Counted from the first letter of the stretch, positions 1 to 10,833 are shown. The stretch is 64,000 nucleotides of DNA from Candidatus Spongiisociaceae bacterium (GCA_965219685.1 CBDCOH010000002.1:1248001-1312000), one strand, 5' to 3'. A program made the numbers and translations. The notes: generated by a model not told the origin, from the sequence alone.

Positions 1-365
1 GCTTCGGCCACCCGGCTACGGCCCGTCCGCAGGTAGGCGGCCTCCGACCTTGCAAGGGCGTCGACCACTGCGGCCCGGTCGGTCGTGTGGATGACCGTGA
101 GGCGCCAACCGGGAACACCTGCCTCGGACAGAGCCAGCGCATCCTCGGGCTCGACGACCCATCCGATGGCGCCGTCGCCGGTGTGACCGACCGCCACCGG
201 GATCACTCCCCCGGCCAGACACGCGGCGGTCGATCCGGGGTCGGCAGCGTCCAGTTCCAGGCCCGTGGTGCCCTCTGCCAGCCGGGTGGACGCAGTCACC
301 TCGGTGACTGCCGTGGCCGGACGCAATCTGAAGAACGTGATATCTGCGGTAACAGCCTCGGTCAT
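1..365 (-). CDS. 5' part of a gene coupled to cofG; possibly CofH or another F420-pathway protein (runs off the window)
   Basis: ATG at 365 overlaps the cofG stop (ATGA). The frame is open to base 1 (MTEAVTADITFFRLRP...). The product is inferred from position only. Confidence 0.5.
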   Translation of the reverse strand, partial: MTEAVTADITFFRLRPATAVTEVTASTRLAEGTTGLELDAADPGSTAACLAGGVIPVAVGHTGDGAIGWVVEPEDALALSEAGVPGWRLTVIHTTDRAAVVDALARSEAAYLRTGRSRVAE

Positions 366-1501
366 CTGATGCCTTCCTTCTGAAGTCGCATAGCGTACCC
401 ACGGTGATCGGCCGCGTCACGCACCCGTCCTACGAGACCCGGATCGATCCAGTGATCGTCGATGTACTCGGGGTAGATCGGCAGGCGGGGAACCAGTTCG
501 TAACCTGCGGACTCGGTGCGTTCCTGGAGTTCCGCCAGGTGGGGCCAGGGCGCCTCCGGATTGACCCAGTCGATGGTGAGCGGGGAGACCCCTCCCCAGT
601 CATTGATCCCGGCGTCCAGGTACACCTCGTACCGCTCGGTCAGGTTCGGAGGGACCTGGAGGTTCATGTCCGGTCCGAGAATCCAGCGGGACACCGCCAC
701 CACCCGGGCGAACCACGCGGGGATGGGCTCGGCCGAGCGGCGCATGAGGGTGTCGGCCTTGGCCCGGAAGTTCTGGATTATCACCTCCTGGATGTGGCCG
801 AAGCGGGAATGCACACGGCGCAGGGCGAGGAGGCTGTCGACTATCTCGGGGGTCGTCTCACCGATGCCCACCAGGATTCCGGTCGTGAACGGGACCCTGA
901 GTGACCCGGCCGCCTCGATGGTGGCCATCCGGAGGGCCGGATCCTTGTCGGGGCAGTTGTGATGGGGCATCCCCGGTTCCATCAGCCGGGGCGAGATGTT
1001 CTCCAGCATCATGCCCATCGAAACGTTGGAAGGTCGCAGGGCAGCCATCTCGTCGGCGGTCATGAGACCGGGATTGGCATGGGGGAACAGTCCCGTCTCG
1101 GCCACTATGAGCTCGCTCATGGCTCTCACGTAGCCGAGGGTCGAGGAGTGGCCTTGAGAGGTGAGGAAACTCCGGGCCTGGGGCCACCGTTCCTCCGGTC
1201 GGTCCCCGAGCGTCAGCAGGGCCTCGCTGCATCCGGCGGCGTCGCCGGCCCTGGCGATCGCCAGAACGTCCTCCGGCGTGAGGTACTCGCCACCCGCACC
1301 CGGTGGCTTGGCGAACGTGCAGTAGGTGCACGTGTCGCGACAGAGCGTGGTGACCGGGATGAACACCTTCGGGCTGAAGGTGATGGTGCGGCCCCTGCCC
1401 TCGTCCCTGAGGAGCCGGGCGTGGTCGAAGAGAGGAGCGGGATCGCGCAGCCCGTCGAGGTACTCGATGGCGAGCTGTCGGTCAGCAGGCGGGTGACCCA
1501 T
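362..1501 (-). CDS. cofG: FO synthase subunit CofG (radical SAM)
   Basis: TFSPKVFIPVTTLCRDTCTYCTF (CxxxCxxC), PHANPG, IQEVIIQNF, DWGGVSPLT. Confidence 0.92.
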   Translation of the reverse strand: MGHPPADRQLAIEYLDGLRDPAPLFDHARLLRDEGRGRTITFSPKVFIPVTTLCRDTCTYCTFAKPPGAGGEYLTPEDVLAIARAGDAAGCSEALLTLGDRPEERWPQARSFLTSQGHSSTLGYVRAMSELIVAETGLFPHANPGLMTADEMAALRPSNVSMGMMLENISPRLMEPGMPHHNCPDKDPALRMATIEAAGSLRVPFTTGILVGIGETTPEIVDSLLALRRVHSRFGHIQEVIIQNFRAKADTLMRRSAEPIPAWFARVVAVSRWILGPDMNLQVPPNLTERYEVYLDAGINDWGGVSPLTIDWVNPEAPWPHLAELQERTESAGYELVPRLPIYPEYIDDHWIDPGLVGRVRDAADHRGYAMRLQKEGIR

Positions 1502-1638
1502 TGGCCAGGAATCTAACAGCGCGGACCGTCCGGCCCAACAGGCGCAGAGTCCGCCGCGGTGGCGTTGCCAGAAGACTCTCTACCGGGTAGTCCAAAGCAC
1601 GCCTTTCGCCAAGGCCTGGGGTTAGAGTCTGGCAGAGC

Positions 1639-3252
1639 GTGAAATACAGCTGGTCAGCGCTCCGTGAAGACACCTTCGGAGGTATGACGGCGGCCGTCGT
1701 GGCCCTGCCGCTGTCGCTGGCGTTCGGGGTGGCCTCCGGGCTCGGAGCGATAGCCGGCCTCTACGGGGCCATCGCGGTGGGTTTCTTCGCGGCCGTCTTC
1801 GGCGGTACCAAAACCCAGATCTCGGGTCCGACGGCGCCCCTGGCAGTCGCCATGTCGGTGGTGGTGACCAGCTACGCCGACAACCTGGCCGAGGCGCTCA
1901 CCATCGCCATCTTCGCCGGGATCATCCAGATACTGCTGGGAACGTTGAAACTGGGAAGTTTCGTGGCATACACGCCCTATCCGGTGATCTCGGGGTTCAC
2001 GACGGGCGTGGGCGCCATCATCATCCTCGTACAGAGCATTCCCTTCCTGGGCTCGGAGGTCGCGCTGGGCGGACCGCTGGAATCGGTTCGCCGCTGGCCC
2101 GACGCCCTCGCGAACATTGAGGTCAGCAGCCTGGCGCTCGCGCTCATCACGGTTGCGGTCGCCACCTTCTGGCCGCCGCGGCTCCGAAAGCTACTGCCCC
2201 CCACGGTCGCGGCACTCGTGGTCGGGACCCTGCTGGGGACGTTCTGGCTGCGGGGCGCCCACACCATCGGGGAGGTTCCCACCGGGCTTCCCCGGCCCGA
2301 ACTCCCGGCGATCTCGCTGGAAACCCTGATCGGGGCTCTCCTCCCGGCCGTCACCATCGCTCTGATCGGTTCCATCAACAGCCTGCTCACGGCGCTGGTC
2401 GGTGATTCGATGACAGGTGGTGACCACAACCCGAACCGGGAGTTGATCGGGGTGGGGCTCGGGAACGTGCTCGCCGGGCTGATCGGGGCGATCCCCGGCG
2501 CCGGCGCGACCACCGCCACGGCAGCGAACATAAAGGCCGGGGGGCGAACCCCGGTCTCGGGGGTTCTGTGCGCCACGATCCTCCTGGCGCTGGTCCTGGG
2601 TGTCGGCAGGTACGTCGACACGGTTCCCCACGCGGTACTGGCAGGCATCCTGATGAAGGTGGGCTTCGACATCGTGGACTGGCGTTACCTGCGGCGCTTC
2701 CGTTTCGTCCAGCGGGAGCAGTTTGTCGTGATGATCCTCACGCTGGGCTTCACGGTCTTCGTCGACCTGGTCATCGCAGTGGCCATCGGGCTGATCGCCG
2801 CGGCGATGGCGAGCGCCCGCCAGTTCGAGCGTCTGGAACTGGACCGGGTGATCTCGGTCCCGTTGCTCGACATGACGTTCCTAGGCCCTCCGGAGGACCT
2901 GGACGCGGACTTCGACCCCTTCTCCGCCCGCGTGGGTATGGTCGCGCTCAGGGGTACGTTCACCGCCGCATCCTCCAAGCGCCTGATCACCACGCTCAGC
3001 CTCGACATCCGCGAGCACAAGGTGGTGATCCTCGACTTCACGGACACGGTCTACATGGATGAGAGCGCCGCCCTGGTGGTGGAGCGGATGGTCCACGTCG
3101 CCCACGAGGAGGGCACCGAGTGCATCGTCATGGGCCTTGACGGCGTGGCGAAGACCAGTCTTGAAGCACTCGAGGTACTCCGGCGGGTTCCCGAGGATCG
3201 CTTCGTCGAAACGCTCGACGACGCCAGGGAGGTGGCCAAGCGCCTGCTGTGA
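1639..3252 (+). CDS. SulP family anion (bicarbonate/sulfate) transporter with STAS domain
   Basis: GGMTAAVVALPLSLAFG, ISGPT, many TM segments, C-terminal STAS-like VVILDFTDTVYMD. Confidence 0.9.
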   Translation: MKYSWSALREDTFGGMTAAVVALPLSLAFGVASGLGAIAGLYGAIAVGFFAAVFGGTKTQISGPTAPLAVAMSVVVTSYADNLAEALTIAIFAGIIQILLGTLKLGSFVAYTPYPVISGFTTGVGAIIILVQSIPFLGSEVALGGPLESVRRWPDALANIEVSSLALALITVAVATFWPPRLRKLLPPTVAALVVGTLLGTFWLRGAHTIGEVPTGLPRPELPAISLETLIGALLPAVTIALIGSINSLLTALVGDSMTGGDHNPNRELIGVGLGNVLAGLIGAIPGAGATTATAANIKAGGRTPVSGVLCATILLALVLGVGRYVDTVPHAVLAGILMKVGFDIVDWRYLRRFRFVQREQFVVMILTLGFTVFVDLVIAVAIGLIAAAMASARQFERLELDRVISVPLLDMTFLGPPEDLDADFDPFSARVGMVALRGTFTAASSKRLITTLSLDIREHKVVILDFTDTVYMDESAALVVERMVHVAHEEGTECIVMGLDGVAKTSLEALEVLRRVPEDRFVETLDDAREVAKRLL

Positions 3253-3287
3253 GCCGGCGGGAGTCCGAACCCGTGACCGGTGATCAG

Positions 3288-3544
3288 CTAGATGAGTGTT
3301 CCAAGGGCTCTGAGTGGAAACGACTGCACCGTACTATCGGTACACAATGCTGAACAGCACATCTGTAGCTTATATACCGCTGTCCTTGGGTTCGGATCCT
3401 ATCGCTTCTACTTCGTGAGCGTACCCCTCGGCGCGACCGCGAAATCTGAACCGCTAACGAGGCCGGACACTAACCTCAATCTAACGCCAACCACCGCTCA
3501 TCTACTACAGACTACCAACTACCGACCTGGAACTAATCATCTAG
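3288..3544. repeat. Dispersed ~255-bp CTAG-bounded element, copy A
   Basis: Ends CTAGATGAGTGTTCC ... GGAACTAATCATCTAG (imperfect inverted repeat); alignable by eye with copies B-D. Confidence 0.8.
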
Positions 3545-4058
3545 GGAGGAGACCGTCGGGTGGGTCGATCCGTAGCCAGCCTCCGGCCTGGTCGACCTCG
3601 GGAACCAGTGCCTCCACGAACGGTATTTCCACGCGGTTGCCCGTCCTGAGCGCGACCACCAGCCTGTCCTGAGCTCCCTGGATGACGTCGCTGACCGCCC
3701 CGACCGGCTCGCAGCCGATCCGCACCTCGAGGCCGACGAGCTGGTCCGGCCAGAACTCCTCCGGCTGCAGCCGGCGCCGGTCCCGTTCGCGTATCAGTAG
3801 CTCGGCGCCGACCAGCCGAGCGGCCGCCTCGGTCGAGGCGAAGCCTGCGAACCCGACTATCAGGCCGTTGGGACCGTCGCGAGCCTCTCGCACAACCAGG
3901 AGGCGGGCCCCTTCGACAGCAGTGTGGAAGACGGAACGAGGGGCGAACCTGTCCGGGTGGTCGGACTCGACCCGCACACGGACTTCTCCGCGCACGCCGT
4001 GCAGGCGGGTTATCCGACCCACCGTCACCATCCCGGACGTTCTCGCAGCGTCGGGCAT
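3537..4058 (-). CDS. rimM: Ribosome maturation factor RimM
   Basis: VGRITRLHGVRGEV, EEFWPDQLVGL, IPFVEALVP; follows rpsP-khpA; start re-called to ATG 4058. Confidence 0.9.
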   Translation of the reverse strand: MPDAARTSGMVTVGRITRLHGVRGEVRVRVESDHPDRFAPRSVFHTAVEGARLLVVREARDGPNGLIVGFAGFASTEAAARLVGAELLIRERDRRRLQPEEFWPDQLVGLEVRIGCEPVGAVSDVIQGAQDRLVVALRTGNRVEIPFVEALVPEVDQAGGWLRIDPPDGLLPR

Positions 4059-4104
4059 GGACCCCGCCCCACGTTCGAATCCGGTCACAGCTGTCCCCCG
4101 CCTC

Positions 4105-4357
4105 CTAGACGAGCAGTCCCGAGCCATCCGATCGAAGCGACCGCATTGAACCATCGGTACACAACGATCCAGATCACAGCTGTGACCCGGATACATCGGT
4201 CTCTCTTTCCACGGGTCAGAAGCCTAGGTTTGTGAGGTACCTTGGCACCGATGTGAACTCGGACAGCCTTTCGAGGCCGGACAACGATGTGATCTAACGC
4301 TAACCGTCGATCACCAACTACCGACTACCAACTAGAGACTAGGAACCAGTCGTCTAG
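4105..4357. repeat. Dispersed ~255-bp CTAG-bounded element, copy B
   Basis: CTAGACGAGCAGTCCC ... GGAACCAGTCGTCTAG; shares ATCGGTACACAA, CGAGGCCGGACA and ATCTAACGC with copy A. Confidence 0.8.
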
Positions 4358-4602
4358 TCGACGAATTCCACGCCGGAGGTCAGGCCTTCCTCCTCTGCCG
4401 CCGCCTGCGCCACGGTCCTGATGGCGCGGGCTACCCGCCCCCCGCGGCCGATGACCCTTCCCATCTCGCCGGCGGCGGTCCTAACCTGGGCGACCACCTC
4501 GTCCTCGCCGCGTTCGACCATGCTCACCTGAACGGATTCCTTGTCGTCCACGATCGACGAGACGACGAAACGCACTACGTCTTCCACTATCTGTCCGGTC
4601 AT
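4354..4602 (-). CDS. khpA: KH-domain RNA-binding protein KhpA
   Basis: MGRVIGRGGRVARAIRTV; lies between rpsP and rimM. Confidence 0.9.
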   Translation of the reverse strand: MTGQIVEDVVRFVVSSIVDDKESVQVSMVERGEDEVVAQVRTAAGEMGRVIGRGGRVARAIRTVAQAAAEEEGLTSGVEFVD

Positions 4603-4605
4603 CGC

Positions 4606-5040
4606 TCAATCACCCTGTCCGTTGGTGTCTGGAGTCCCATCGCTGCCTTCCTGGCGAGCCTCGCTCGCCGATGACGGTTCGGGGTCTGGCGGCTCGTCGG
4701 CCGCATCGCCGCTCCCGGCACCCGTCCCCTCGCCCGTCGTGTCCGGAAGAGGATCGTCGTCCAGCCGGTAGACGCCGGCACGCGAAACCTTTGGCCGGCG
4801 TACCGCACCCGAGATCTCGAACAACTTCCGCACCCGTTCGCTGGGTTGGGCGCCGTTACCGAGCCAGTAGCGGGCCCGGTCGTTGTCGATCTCGACCACG
4901 GACGGGGACGGGCGGGGGTCATAGCGACCGATCGCCTCGATGAAACGGCCGTCGCGCGGCGCCCGGGCGTCGGCTACCACCACGCGATAGGTGGGCTGCT
5001 TCTTCTTACCCATACGCTTGAGGCGGATCCTCACCGCCAT
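4606..5040 (-). CDS. rpsP: 30S ribosomal protein S16 with acidic C-terminal tail
   Basis: [35 protein letters not shown]. Confidence 0.96.
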   Translation of the reverse strand: MAVRIRLKRMGKKKQPTYRVVVADARAPRDGRFIEAIGRYDPRPSPSVVEIDNDRARYWLGNGAQPSERVRKLFEISGAVRRPKVSRAGVYRLDDDPLPDTTGEGTGAGSGDAADEPPDPEPSSASEARQEGSDGTPDTNGQGD

Positions 5041-5044
5041 ATCG

Positions 5045-6508
5045 TCACCTCTTCCGTTTCTTCTTCTGTAGTTTCTTCGGGGTCCGCGGTCGCTTCCGGG
5101 CCGACCGCGAAGCTGGCCCCGTTCTCCTTCCGCCGGGCCGTGCACCGGCGATCCTCCCGCCCGGGACGGGTCCCGGCATGCCGGGGAAACCGCCTGCCAG
5201 GCCCTGGAGACCTCCGGGTGCCTTCCCCTGGGACAGGGACTGCATCATGCTACGCACCTGGTTGAACTGCTTCAGCAGGCCGGACACGTCCTGGATGGAC
5301 GTTCCCGATCCGAGGGCGATCCTCCGCCTGCGGCTTCCGTTGATGACCCTGGGGTTGGCACGTTCGGCCGGGGTCATCGAGCGGATGATCGCCTCGGAGC
5401 GACGGATCTCCCGGTCCACCACCTGCGTGTCGGCCGGCGCCGAGCGGGTTCCGGGGATCATACCAAGTACTTCGCCCAACGGCCCCATCTTACGCAGGCC
5501 CCGGACCTGCTCGAGGAAGTCCTCGAGTGTGAACTCGGCTCGCAGGAGCCGGTCGGCCATCTCCTCGGCCTGTTCGGCGTCGAATGCCTCCTCCGCCTTC
5601 TCGACCAGGGTGAGTACATCGCCCATCCCCAGGATGCGCGATGCCATCCTCTCCGGATGGAACACCTCGAGGTCGTCGGGGCGCTCGCCTGTCCCGACCA
5701 GCTTGATTGGACACCCCGTGGCCTCCCTCACCGAGATAGCCGCTCCGCCCCTGGCGTCGCTGTCCAGCTTGGACAGGAGCACTCCCGTTAGCCGGGTGTG
5801 CAGGAGAAAGCCCCTGGCCACCGAAACGGCCTCCTGGCCCGTCAGCGCGTCGACGACCAGCAGGACCTCGTCGGGGTCGGCCACCCTGGTGATGGCAGCC
5901 AGCTCGCGCATCAGGCCCGGGTCGATCTGGAGCCGCCCGGCCGTGTCCACCACCACCACGTCGAAGGCCGCGTCCCGGGCGTGGCGCATGGCGTTCCTGA
6001 CCAGCGTGACCGGGCTCCGCTGCCGGCCGGTGAACACCGGCGCTCCAATCTGCTCTCCCAGCAACCGGAGTTGCTCGACCGCTCCGGGTCTCACGAGGTC
6101 GGCAGCCACCAGCAGGACCCGCTTCCCGGAGCGCTGGTGCCAGCGGGCGACCTTGGCGGCCGAGGTGGTCTTGCCCGATCCCTGCAGACCCACCATCAGG
6201 GTCGTGAGGGGCTTGGTGCTGGCGGGCTCGAGCGGCACGGCCTCTGCGCCGAGGGTTTCGATCATCGCGTCGTGCACGACCTTGACCACTTGGTGGCCCG
6301 GAGACACGCTGCGGAGCACCTCCGCCCCGACGGCCCTGCGTCGGATCCGGTCGAGCAGGCTCCGGACCACTTCGATGTTGACGTCGGCTTCGAGGAGGGC
6401 GACACGCACCTCTGCCAAGGCCTCGTCCACATCGCGCTCGCTCAGCCGCCCCCGGCCCCGGATGCGGTCGAAGACCCCTTCGAAGCGTGCGGTCAGGGAT
6501 TCGAACAA
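5045..6508 (-). CDS. ffh: Signal recognition particle protein Ffh
   Basis: [40 protein letters not shown]; start re-called to TTG 6508 (MFESLT). Confidence 0.95.
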   Translation of the reverse strand: MFESLTARFEGVFDRIRGRGRLSERDVDEALAEVRVALLEADVNIEVVRSLLDRIRRRAVGAEVLRSVSPGHQVVKVVHDAMIETLGAEAVPLEPASTKPLTTLMVGLQGSGKTTSAAKVARWHQRSGKRVLLVAADLVRPGAVEQLRLLGEQIGAPVFTGRQRSPVTLVRNAMRHARDAAFDVVVVDTAGRLQIDPGLMRELAAITRVADPDEVLLVVDALTGQEAVSVARGFLLHTRLTGVLLSKLDSDARGGAAISVREATGCPIKLVGTGERPDDLEVFHPERMASRILGMGDVLTLVEKAEEAFDAEQAEEMADRLLRAEFTLEDFLEQVRGLRKMGPLGEVLGMIPGTRSAPADTQVVDREIRRSEAIIRSMTPAERANPRVINGSRRRRIALGSGTSIQDVSGLLKQFNQVRSMMQSLSQGKAPGGLQGLAGGFPGMPGPVPGGRIAGARPGGRRTGPASRSARKRPRTPKKLQKKKRKR

Positions 6509-6603
6509 GGCAGGTTTTCTCCTGGGGCGGCGGCCGGCAACCATCATATCCCGGGCCGGGCGGGTACCCTTACCCGGAGCGGCAGCCACACCCAGGAGCA
6601 CAG

Positions 6604-7224
6604 TTGGGAATCACCGTCCTCGACCATCCGCTGAACCATCACTACCTGAGCATCCTCCGGGACAGGACGACGGAGCCGGAGGAGTTCCGCAACACGACGC
6701 GCCGTCTCGCCTACCTCCTGCTGACGGAGGCGACCACCTCGGCGGAGTTGGAGGCTTACTCCCTCGAGACGCCGCTGGTGGTCACGACGGGCCAGAGGCT
6801 GGCGCGGCCCGTGGTGGCCGTGGCGGTGCTCAGGGCCGGGTTGGGACTGATCGACGCGGTCATCGACCTGATGCCGGACGTGGCCGTCGGTTACGCCGGC
6901 GTCCAGCGGGACGAGGAAACCGCCCGACCGATGGAGTACTACACCAAGTTTCCCGAGATGGCAGGCCGTACGGTGCTGGTTCTCGAGCCGATGCTCGCTA
7001 CCGGGGGGTCCCTTTCCTGGGCCGTGGAGCGGGTCAAGCAAGCCGGCGCCGAGGACATCGTGGCGCTCTGCGTGGTCGCAGCCCCGGAAGGGGCCGCGCG
7101 GATGGAGAGGATCCATCCGGATGTCAGGGTCGTGACTGCGGCAATGGACTCCCACCTCAACGACCACTACTACATCGTGCCCGGTCTGGGGGACATGGGA
7201 GATCGGCTGTTCGCCACGCTGTGA
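6604..7224 (+). CDS. upp: Uracil phosphoribosyltransferase
   Basis: VLRAGLG, RDEET, EPMLATGGS, YIVPGLGDMGDRLF. Confidence 0.95.
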   Translation: MGITVLDHPLNHHYLSILRDRTTEPEEFRNTTRRLAYLLLTEATTSAELEAYSLETPLVVTTGQRLARPVVAVAVLRAGLGLIDAVIDLMPDVAVGYAGVQRDEETARPMEYYTKFPEMAGRTVLVLEPMLATGGSLSWAVERVKQAGAEDIVALCVVAAPEGAARMERIHPDVRVVTAAMDSHLNDHYYIVPGLGDMGDRLFATL

Positions 7225-7514
7225 GATCGGGTTCCGGTTTCCGGGAACGGGTGGAGGCGGCGGTGGCAGGCCTGGAACCGGGAGATGTGGCCACGTACGG
7301 CGAGATAGCGGCGCTGGCGGGGAGGCCTGGAGCGGCCCGAGCAGTGGGGAACCAGCTGGCAGGATCCACCGGGCTGCCCTGGTGGCGGGTCGTAACCGCT
7401 ACGGGACGGCTCGTTCCGGGAATCGAGGCGGAACACGCTGCTCGCCTGACGGCTGAAGGGGTGGCTCTCGAAGGTGGCCACGTGGCCGGCCTGCGCCGCC
7501 GGGAGGGAGGCTGA
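7221..7514 (+). CDS. Alkyltransferase-like (MGMT/ATL family) DNA-binding protein
   Basis: GDVATYGEIA, ARAVG, and LPWWRVV (Trp in place of the catalytic Cys of PCHRV); GTGA overlap with upp. Confidence 0.85.
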   Translation: MRSGSGFRERVEAAVAGLEPGDVATYGEIAALAGRPGAARAVGNQLAGSTGLPWWRVVTATGRLVPGIEAEHAARLTAEGVALEGGHVAGLRRREGG

Positions 7515-7516
7515 AG

Positions 7517-8809
7517 GTGCGGAGCGCCTCGGAACTCATCCGCCACAAGCGGGACGGCGGCGTGCTGGGACTCGACGAGATCCGCTACTTCCTGTCGGGA
7601 GTGGTGGACGGTTCGATCCCGCGGTACCAGGCCGCCGCGCTGCTGATGGCGATCTTCTTCCGCGGGATGGAGGACCGCGAACTGGCCGATCTCACCACGG
7701 CCATGATCGACTCGGGAGAGCGGCTGGAGATCGGGAGTTCCGGACCCAAGGTCGACAAGCACTCCACCGGCGGAGTCGGCGACAAGGTCAGCCTCTGCCT
7801 AGCGCCGCTGGTAGCCGCATGCGGGGTGGTCGTCCCGATGATGTCCGGTCGAGGTCTCGGCCACACCGGGGGCACCCTCGACAAGCTCGAGTCGATCCCC
7901 GGATTCCGGTCCTCGTTCGACTCCGCCGAGTTCGCCCGCCTCGTCGAGACCAACGGGGTGGTGATCGCGGGCCAGTCGGAGAGCGTGGTCCCGGCCGACC
8001 GGATCCTCTACGCGCTGCGGGACACGACGGCCACCGTTGCATCCATCCCTCTCATCAGTTCCTCGATCATGTCGAAGAAGCTGGCCGAAGGCCTCGACGC
8101 GCTGGTGCTGGACGTCAAGGTGGGGACCGGCGCCTTCATGGAGTCGGTCGACCGGGCGCGAGTACTGGCCCGGACCATGGTGCGGATCGGTGAGTCGCAC
8201 GGGGTACGGACCACCGCGTTCGTGACGAGCATGGACCAGCCCCTCGGGTACGAGGTCGGGAACGCCAACGAAGTCGCCGAGGCCATCTCGGTCCTGCGGG
8301 GAGGCGGCCCCCCCGACCTCACCGAACTCGTGACGGTTCTCGGCGGGGCCATGCTGGAGGCCGCGGGGCTGGACCGCGCCGATGCCCGCATCCGAAGCGC
8401 CTTCGACTCGGGCGCCGGCCTCGGACTGTTGCGGAGGATGATCGAGGCCCAGGGTGGCGACGGCTCCGTCGTCGAGCGGCCTGAGATCCTACCGGCGGCT
8501 GCCCATGCCCGCCGCCTCCGGGCGGAGAGGGACGGGTACGTGGCATCGATCGACGCCCGGCGGATCGGGGTGGCGGCCATGCAACTGGGTGCGGGCCGCC
8601 GGACCATGACCGACACCATCGACCACGCGGTCGGGATCACCATGTCGGCGAAGGTCGGGAGTGCGGTCGCCCGTGGTGATGTGCTGGCGACGCTGCGCTT
8701 CAACGACCCGCGGAACGTGGAAGCCGCCGCAGCCAGGGTGTCCCGCGCCTACACGCTGGCCGCCCGGCCCCCCGAGGAACATCCGCTGATACTGGAGGAA
8801 GTCGGCTGA
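7517..8809 (+). CDS. pdp: Pyrimidine-nucleoside/thymidine phosphorylase
   Basis: DKHSTGGVGDK, SGRGLGHTGGTLDKLESIPG, SIMSKK. Confidence 0.95.
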   Translation: MRSASELIRHKRDGGVLGLDEIRYFLSGVVDGSIPRYQAAALLMAIFFRGMEDRELADLTTAMIDSGERLEIGSSGPKVDKHSTGGVGDKVSLCLAPLVAACGVVVPMMSGRGLGHTGGTLDKLESIPGFRSSFDSAEFARLVETNGVVIAGQSESVVPADRILYALRDTTATVASIPLISSSIMSKKLAEGLDALVLDVKVGTGAFMESVDRARVLARTMVRIGESHGVRTTAFVTSMDQPLGYEVGNANEVAEAISVLRGGGPPDLTELVTVLGGAMLEAAGLDRADARIRSAFDSGAGLGLLRRMIEAQGGDGSVVERPEILPAAAHARRLRAERDGYVASIDARRIGVAAMQLGAGRRTMTDTIDHAVGITMSAKVGSAVARGDVLATLRFNDPRNVEAAAARVSRAYTLAARPPEEHPLILEEVG

Positions 8810-8871
8810 GAGGCTACTACCATGGCCTCCGTTTCGCAGCCGTCGTTAGCCCATCGACAGGAGTCACGCTC

Positions 8872-9630
8872 ATGCAGGTTGTGGTATGCGTCAAGCAGAT
8901 CCCGGATCCGGCTTCGCCGTCGTCACTCGATCCGGCTACCAACCGTCTGGTACGCCCGCCCGAGCAGGTGCTGGACGACACCGACCGCTACGGCATCGAG
9001 GTGGGCCTGCAACTAGGTGAGAAGACCGGGGGTTCGGTGACGCTCGTGTCCATGGGACCCACCGGGACCATGCAGGGAATCCGCCAGGCCCTGGCCATGG
9101 GGGCCGACAAGGCGGTGATCGTGGACGATGACGGGCTGGGTGGGAGCGACGCCCTGACCACCGCCAAGGTGCTGGCTGCGGCGGCCCGCCGTGAGGGCTT
9201 CGACGTGCTGGTGGCGGGGGTCGAGTCTACGGACGGCTACTCGGGGGTGGTGCCCCAGATGGTCGCCGAACTGCTGGACGTGCCCGCACTGACCTTTGCG
9301 AGGAAGGTCGAACTCGAAGGACAGGGTCTGCGGATCGAACGCCAGACCGCGGGAGGGTTCGATGTCGTCGACGCCGATCCCCCGGCCGTGCTGGCGGTGA
9401 CCGCGGGCGCGGTGGAGCCCCGGTACCCGACCTTCCGGGGCATCATGGCCGCCAAGAACAAACCCGTCGACCGTTTGACCGTCGCCGATCTCGGCGTGGG
9501 CGGGAACCCCGGTCAGGAGGTCGTCTCGGTCGCCCCCGCGCCGGAGCGGCAGGCCGGAGAAGTGGTGGAGGACGAAGGAACCGGGCATCTGCGGATCGTC
9601 GAGTTCCTCGAAGGTGCAAAGGTGATCTAG
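8872..9630 (+). CDS. etfB: Electron transfer flavoprotein beta subunit
   Basis: VVCVKQIPD, ALAMGAD, EPRYPT. Confidence 0.93.
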   Translation: MQVVVCVKQIPDPASPSSLDPATNRLVRPPEQVLDDTDRYGIEVGLQLGEKTGGSVTLVSMGPTGTMQGIRQALAMGADKAVIVDDDGLGGSDALTTAKVLAAAARREGFDVLVAGVESTDGYSGVVPQMVAELLDVPALTFARKVELEGQGLRIERQTAGGFDVVDADPPAVLAVTAGAVEPRYPTFRGIMAAKNKPVDRLTVADLGVGGNPGQEVVSVAPAPERQAGEVVEDEGTGHLRIVEFLEGAKVI

Positions 9631-10581
9631 ATGTCTACGTGGGTCTTTGCCGAGGAAGTGGATGGTCGCCCGGGCGAGTCGGCCCTGGAGTTGGTGACCA
9701 AGGCCGCAGGCGTGGGAGATGTGACCGTCGTATACCTCGGTGGTGACACGCCCGCAGGGATCGGGGTGCTCGGCGCGTACGGCGCCCGCACCGTGTACCA
9801 CCTCACGGGTGGAGGGGATCTCCCTGCCGCGTCGGCGGCTGCTGCCCTCGCAGGGCTGCTGGAACGGGAACAGCCCGAGCTGGTGCTGTTCGCCCAGACC
9901 TACACGTCGCGGGACGTCGCCGGACGCCTTGCCGCTCGCATCGATCGACCGGTCGTCTCCAACGCCGTCGATGTGGGGATCGGCTCCGGGAATGCGGTCA
10001 CCAGCGAGATCTTCGGAGGCACGCAGGTGGTGATCACCGAGTTCACCGGCCCCGGCCCCCATCTGGTGCTGGTCAGGCCGAAGTCGTTCGCCGCGGAGGA
10101 ATGCGGCGGGACGGTGGATCGGGTGGAGGTCGTCCCCCTCGCAGGCGCGGGGCATGCCGGGTCGCCGCGAGTGGTGGACAAGATCGTGGAGAGAGCTGAG
10201 GGGCCCCAGTTGAGCGACGCCAAGGTCATCGTGAGTGGAGGGCGCGGCCTGGGCAGCGCCGACGCCTACGTCCTGATAGACGAGGTGGCCGAGCCGCTCG
10301 GAGCTGCGACCGGCGCCACCCGCGCCATCGTCGACGCGGGCTGGGTGCCCTACGCGAAGCAGGTGGGCCAGACCGGCAAGACCGTCAAGCCGGAGGTCTA
10401 CCTGGCCTGTGGCATATCGGGCGCCATGCAGCACCTGGTGGGGATGAAGGACTCGAAGCGCATCGTCGCTGTCAACAAGGACCCGGAGGCGCCGATCTTC
10501 TCGGTGGCTGATCTCGGCATCGTGGGGGATCTCCACAAGGTGCTGCCCAAGCTCACCGAGACCCTGCGGGCCAGGGGCTAG
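9631..10581 (+). CDS. etfA: Electron transfer flavoprotein alpha subunit
   Basis: [34 protein letters not shown]. Confidence 0.95.
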   Translation: MSTWVFAEEVDGRPGESALELVTKAAGVGDVTVVYLGGDTPAGIGVLGAYGARTVYHLTGGGDLPAASAAAALAGLLEREQPELVLFAQTYTSRDVAGRLAARIDRPVVSNAVDVGIGSGNAVTSEIFGGTQVVITEFTGPGPHLVLVRPKSFAAEECGGTVDRVEVVPLAGAGHAGSPRVVDKIVERAEGPQLSDAKVIVSGGRGLGSADAYVLIDEVAEPLGAATGATRAIVDAGWVPYAKQVGQTGKTVKPEVYLACGISGAMQHLVGMKDSKRIVAVNKDPEAPIFSVADLGIVGDLHKVLPKLTETLRARG

Positions 10582-10833
10582 ATGATTTGTTTCTAGTCGG
10601 TAGTCGGTAGTTACTAGTTGGTGATCGGTCGTTAACGTTAGGTCGACTTGTGTGCCATCGTCCATTGGCTCTGTTTGCGTCTCGCGTTTACGCCGCAGGT
10701 AGCTCTTTGCGAAGTGGCGGCCCCGGGACCCGAGTCCCAGAACTACACGACTAACAGCCGTGTTGCACAGCGTTGTGTAGCGATCGTAGGGTTCGGTGCT
10801 TCCGGTCAGATACGTCGGAACTACCCCGTCTAG
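10578..10833. repeat. Dispersed ~255-bp CTAG-bounded element, copy C (inverted relative to A, B and D)
   Basis: CTAGATGATTTGTTTC ... GGAACTACCCCGTCTAG; reverse complement shares GCGGCGTAAACGCGAGAC(G/C)CAAACAG with copy D. Confidence 0.82.

Noticed and set aside
3292-3672. 126-aa ORF running through element copy A
   Set aside because: It overlaps rimM in antisense, has no recognisable motif, and the other copies show no matching ORF in the track.
5178-7220. 778-aa plus-strand ORF 5178-7514
   Set aside because: It is an antisense shadow of ffh and an off-frame overlap of upp. Only 7221-7514 (ATL protein) looks real.
9013-10665. 550-aa minus-strand ORF, and similar long ORFs such as 28569-30131, 35910-37142 and 39296-40666
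   Set aside because: These are antisense to well-supported genes, a typical high-GC artefact.
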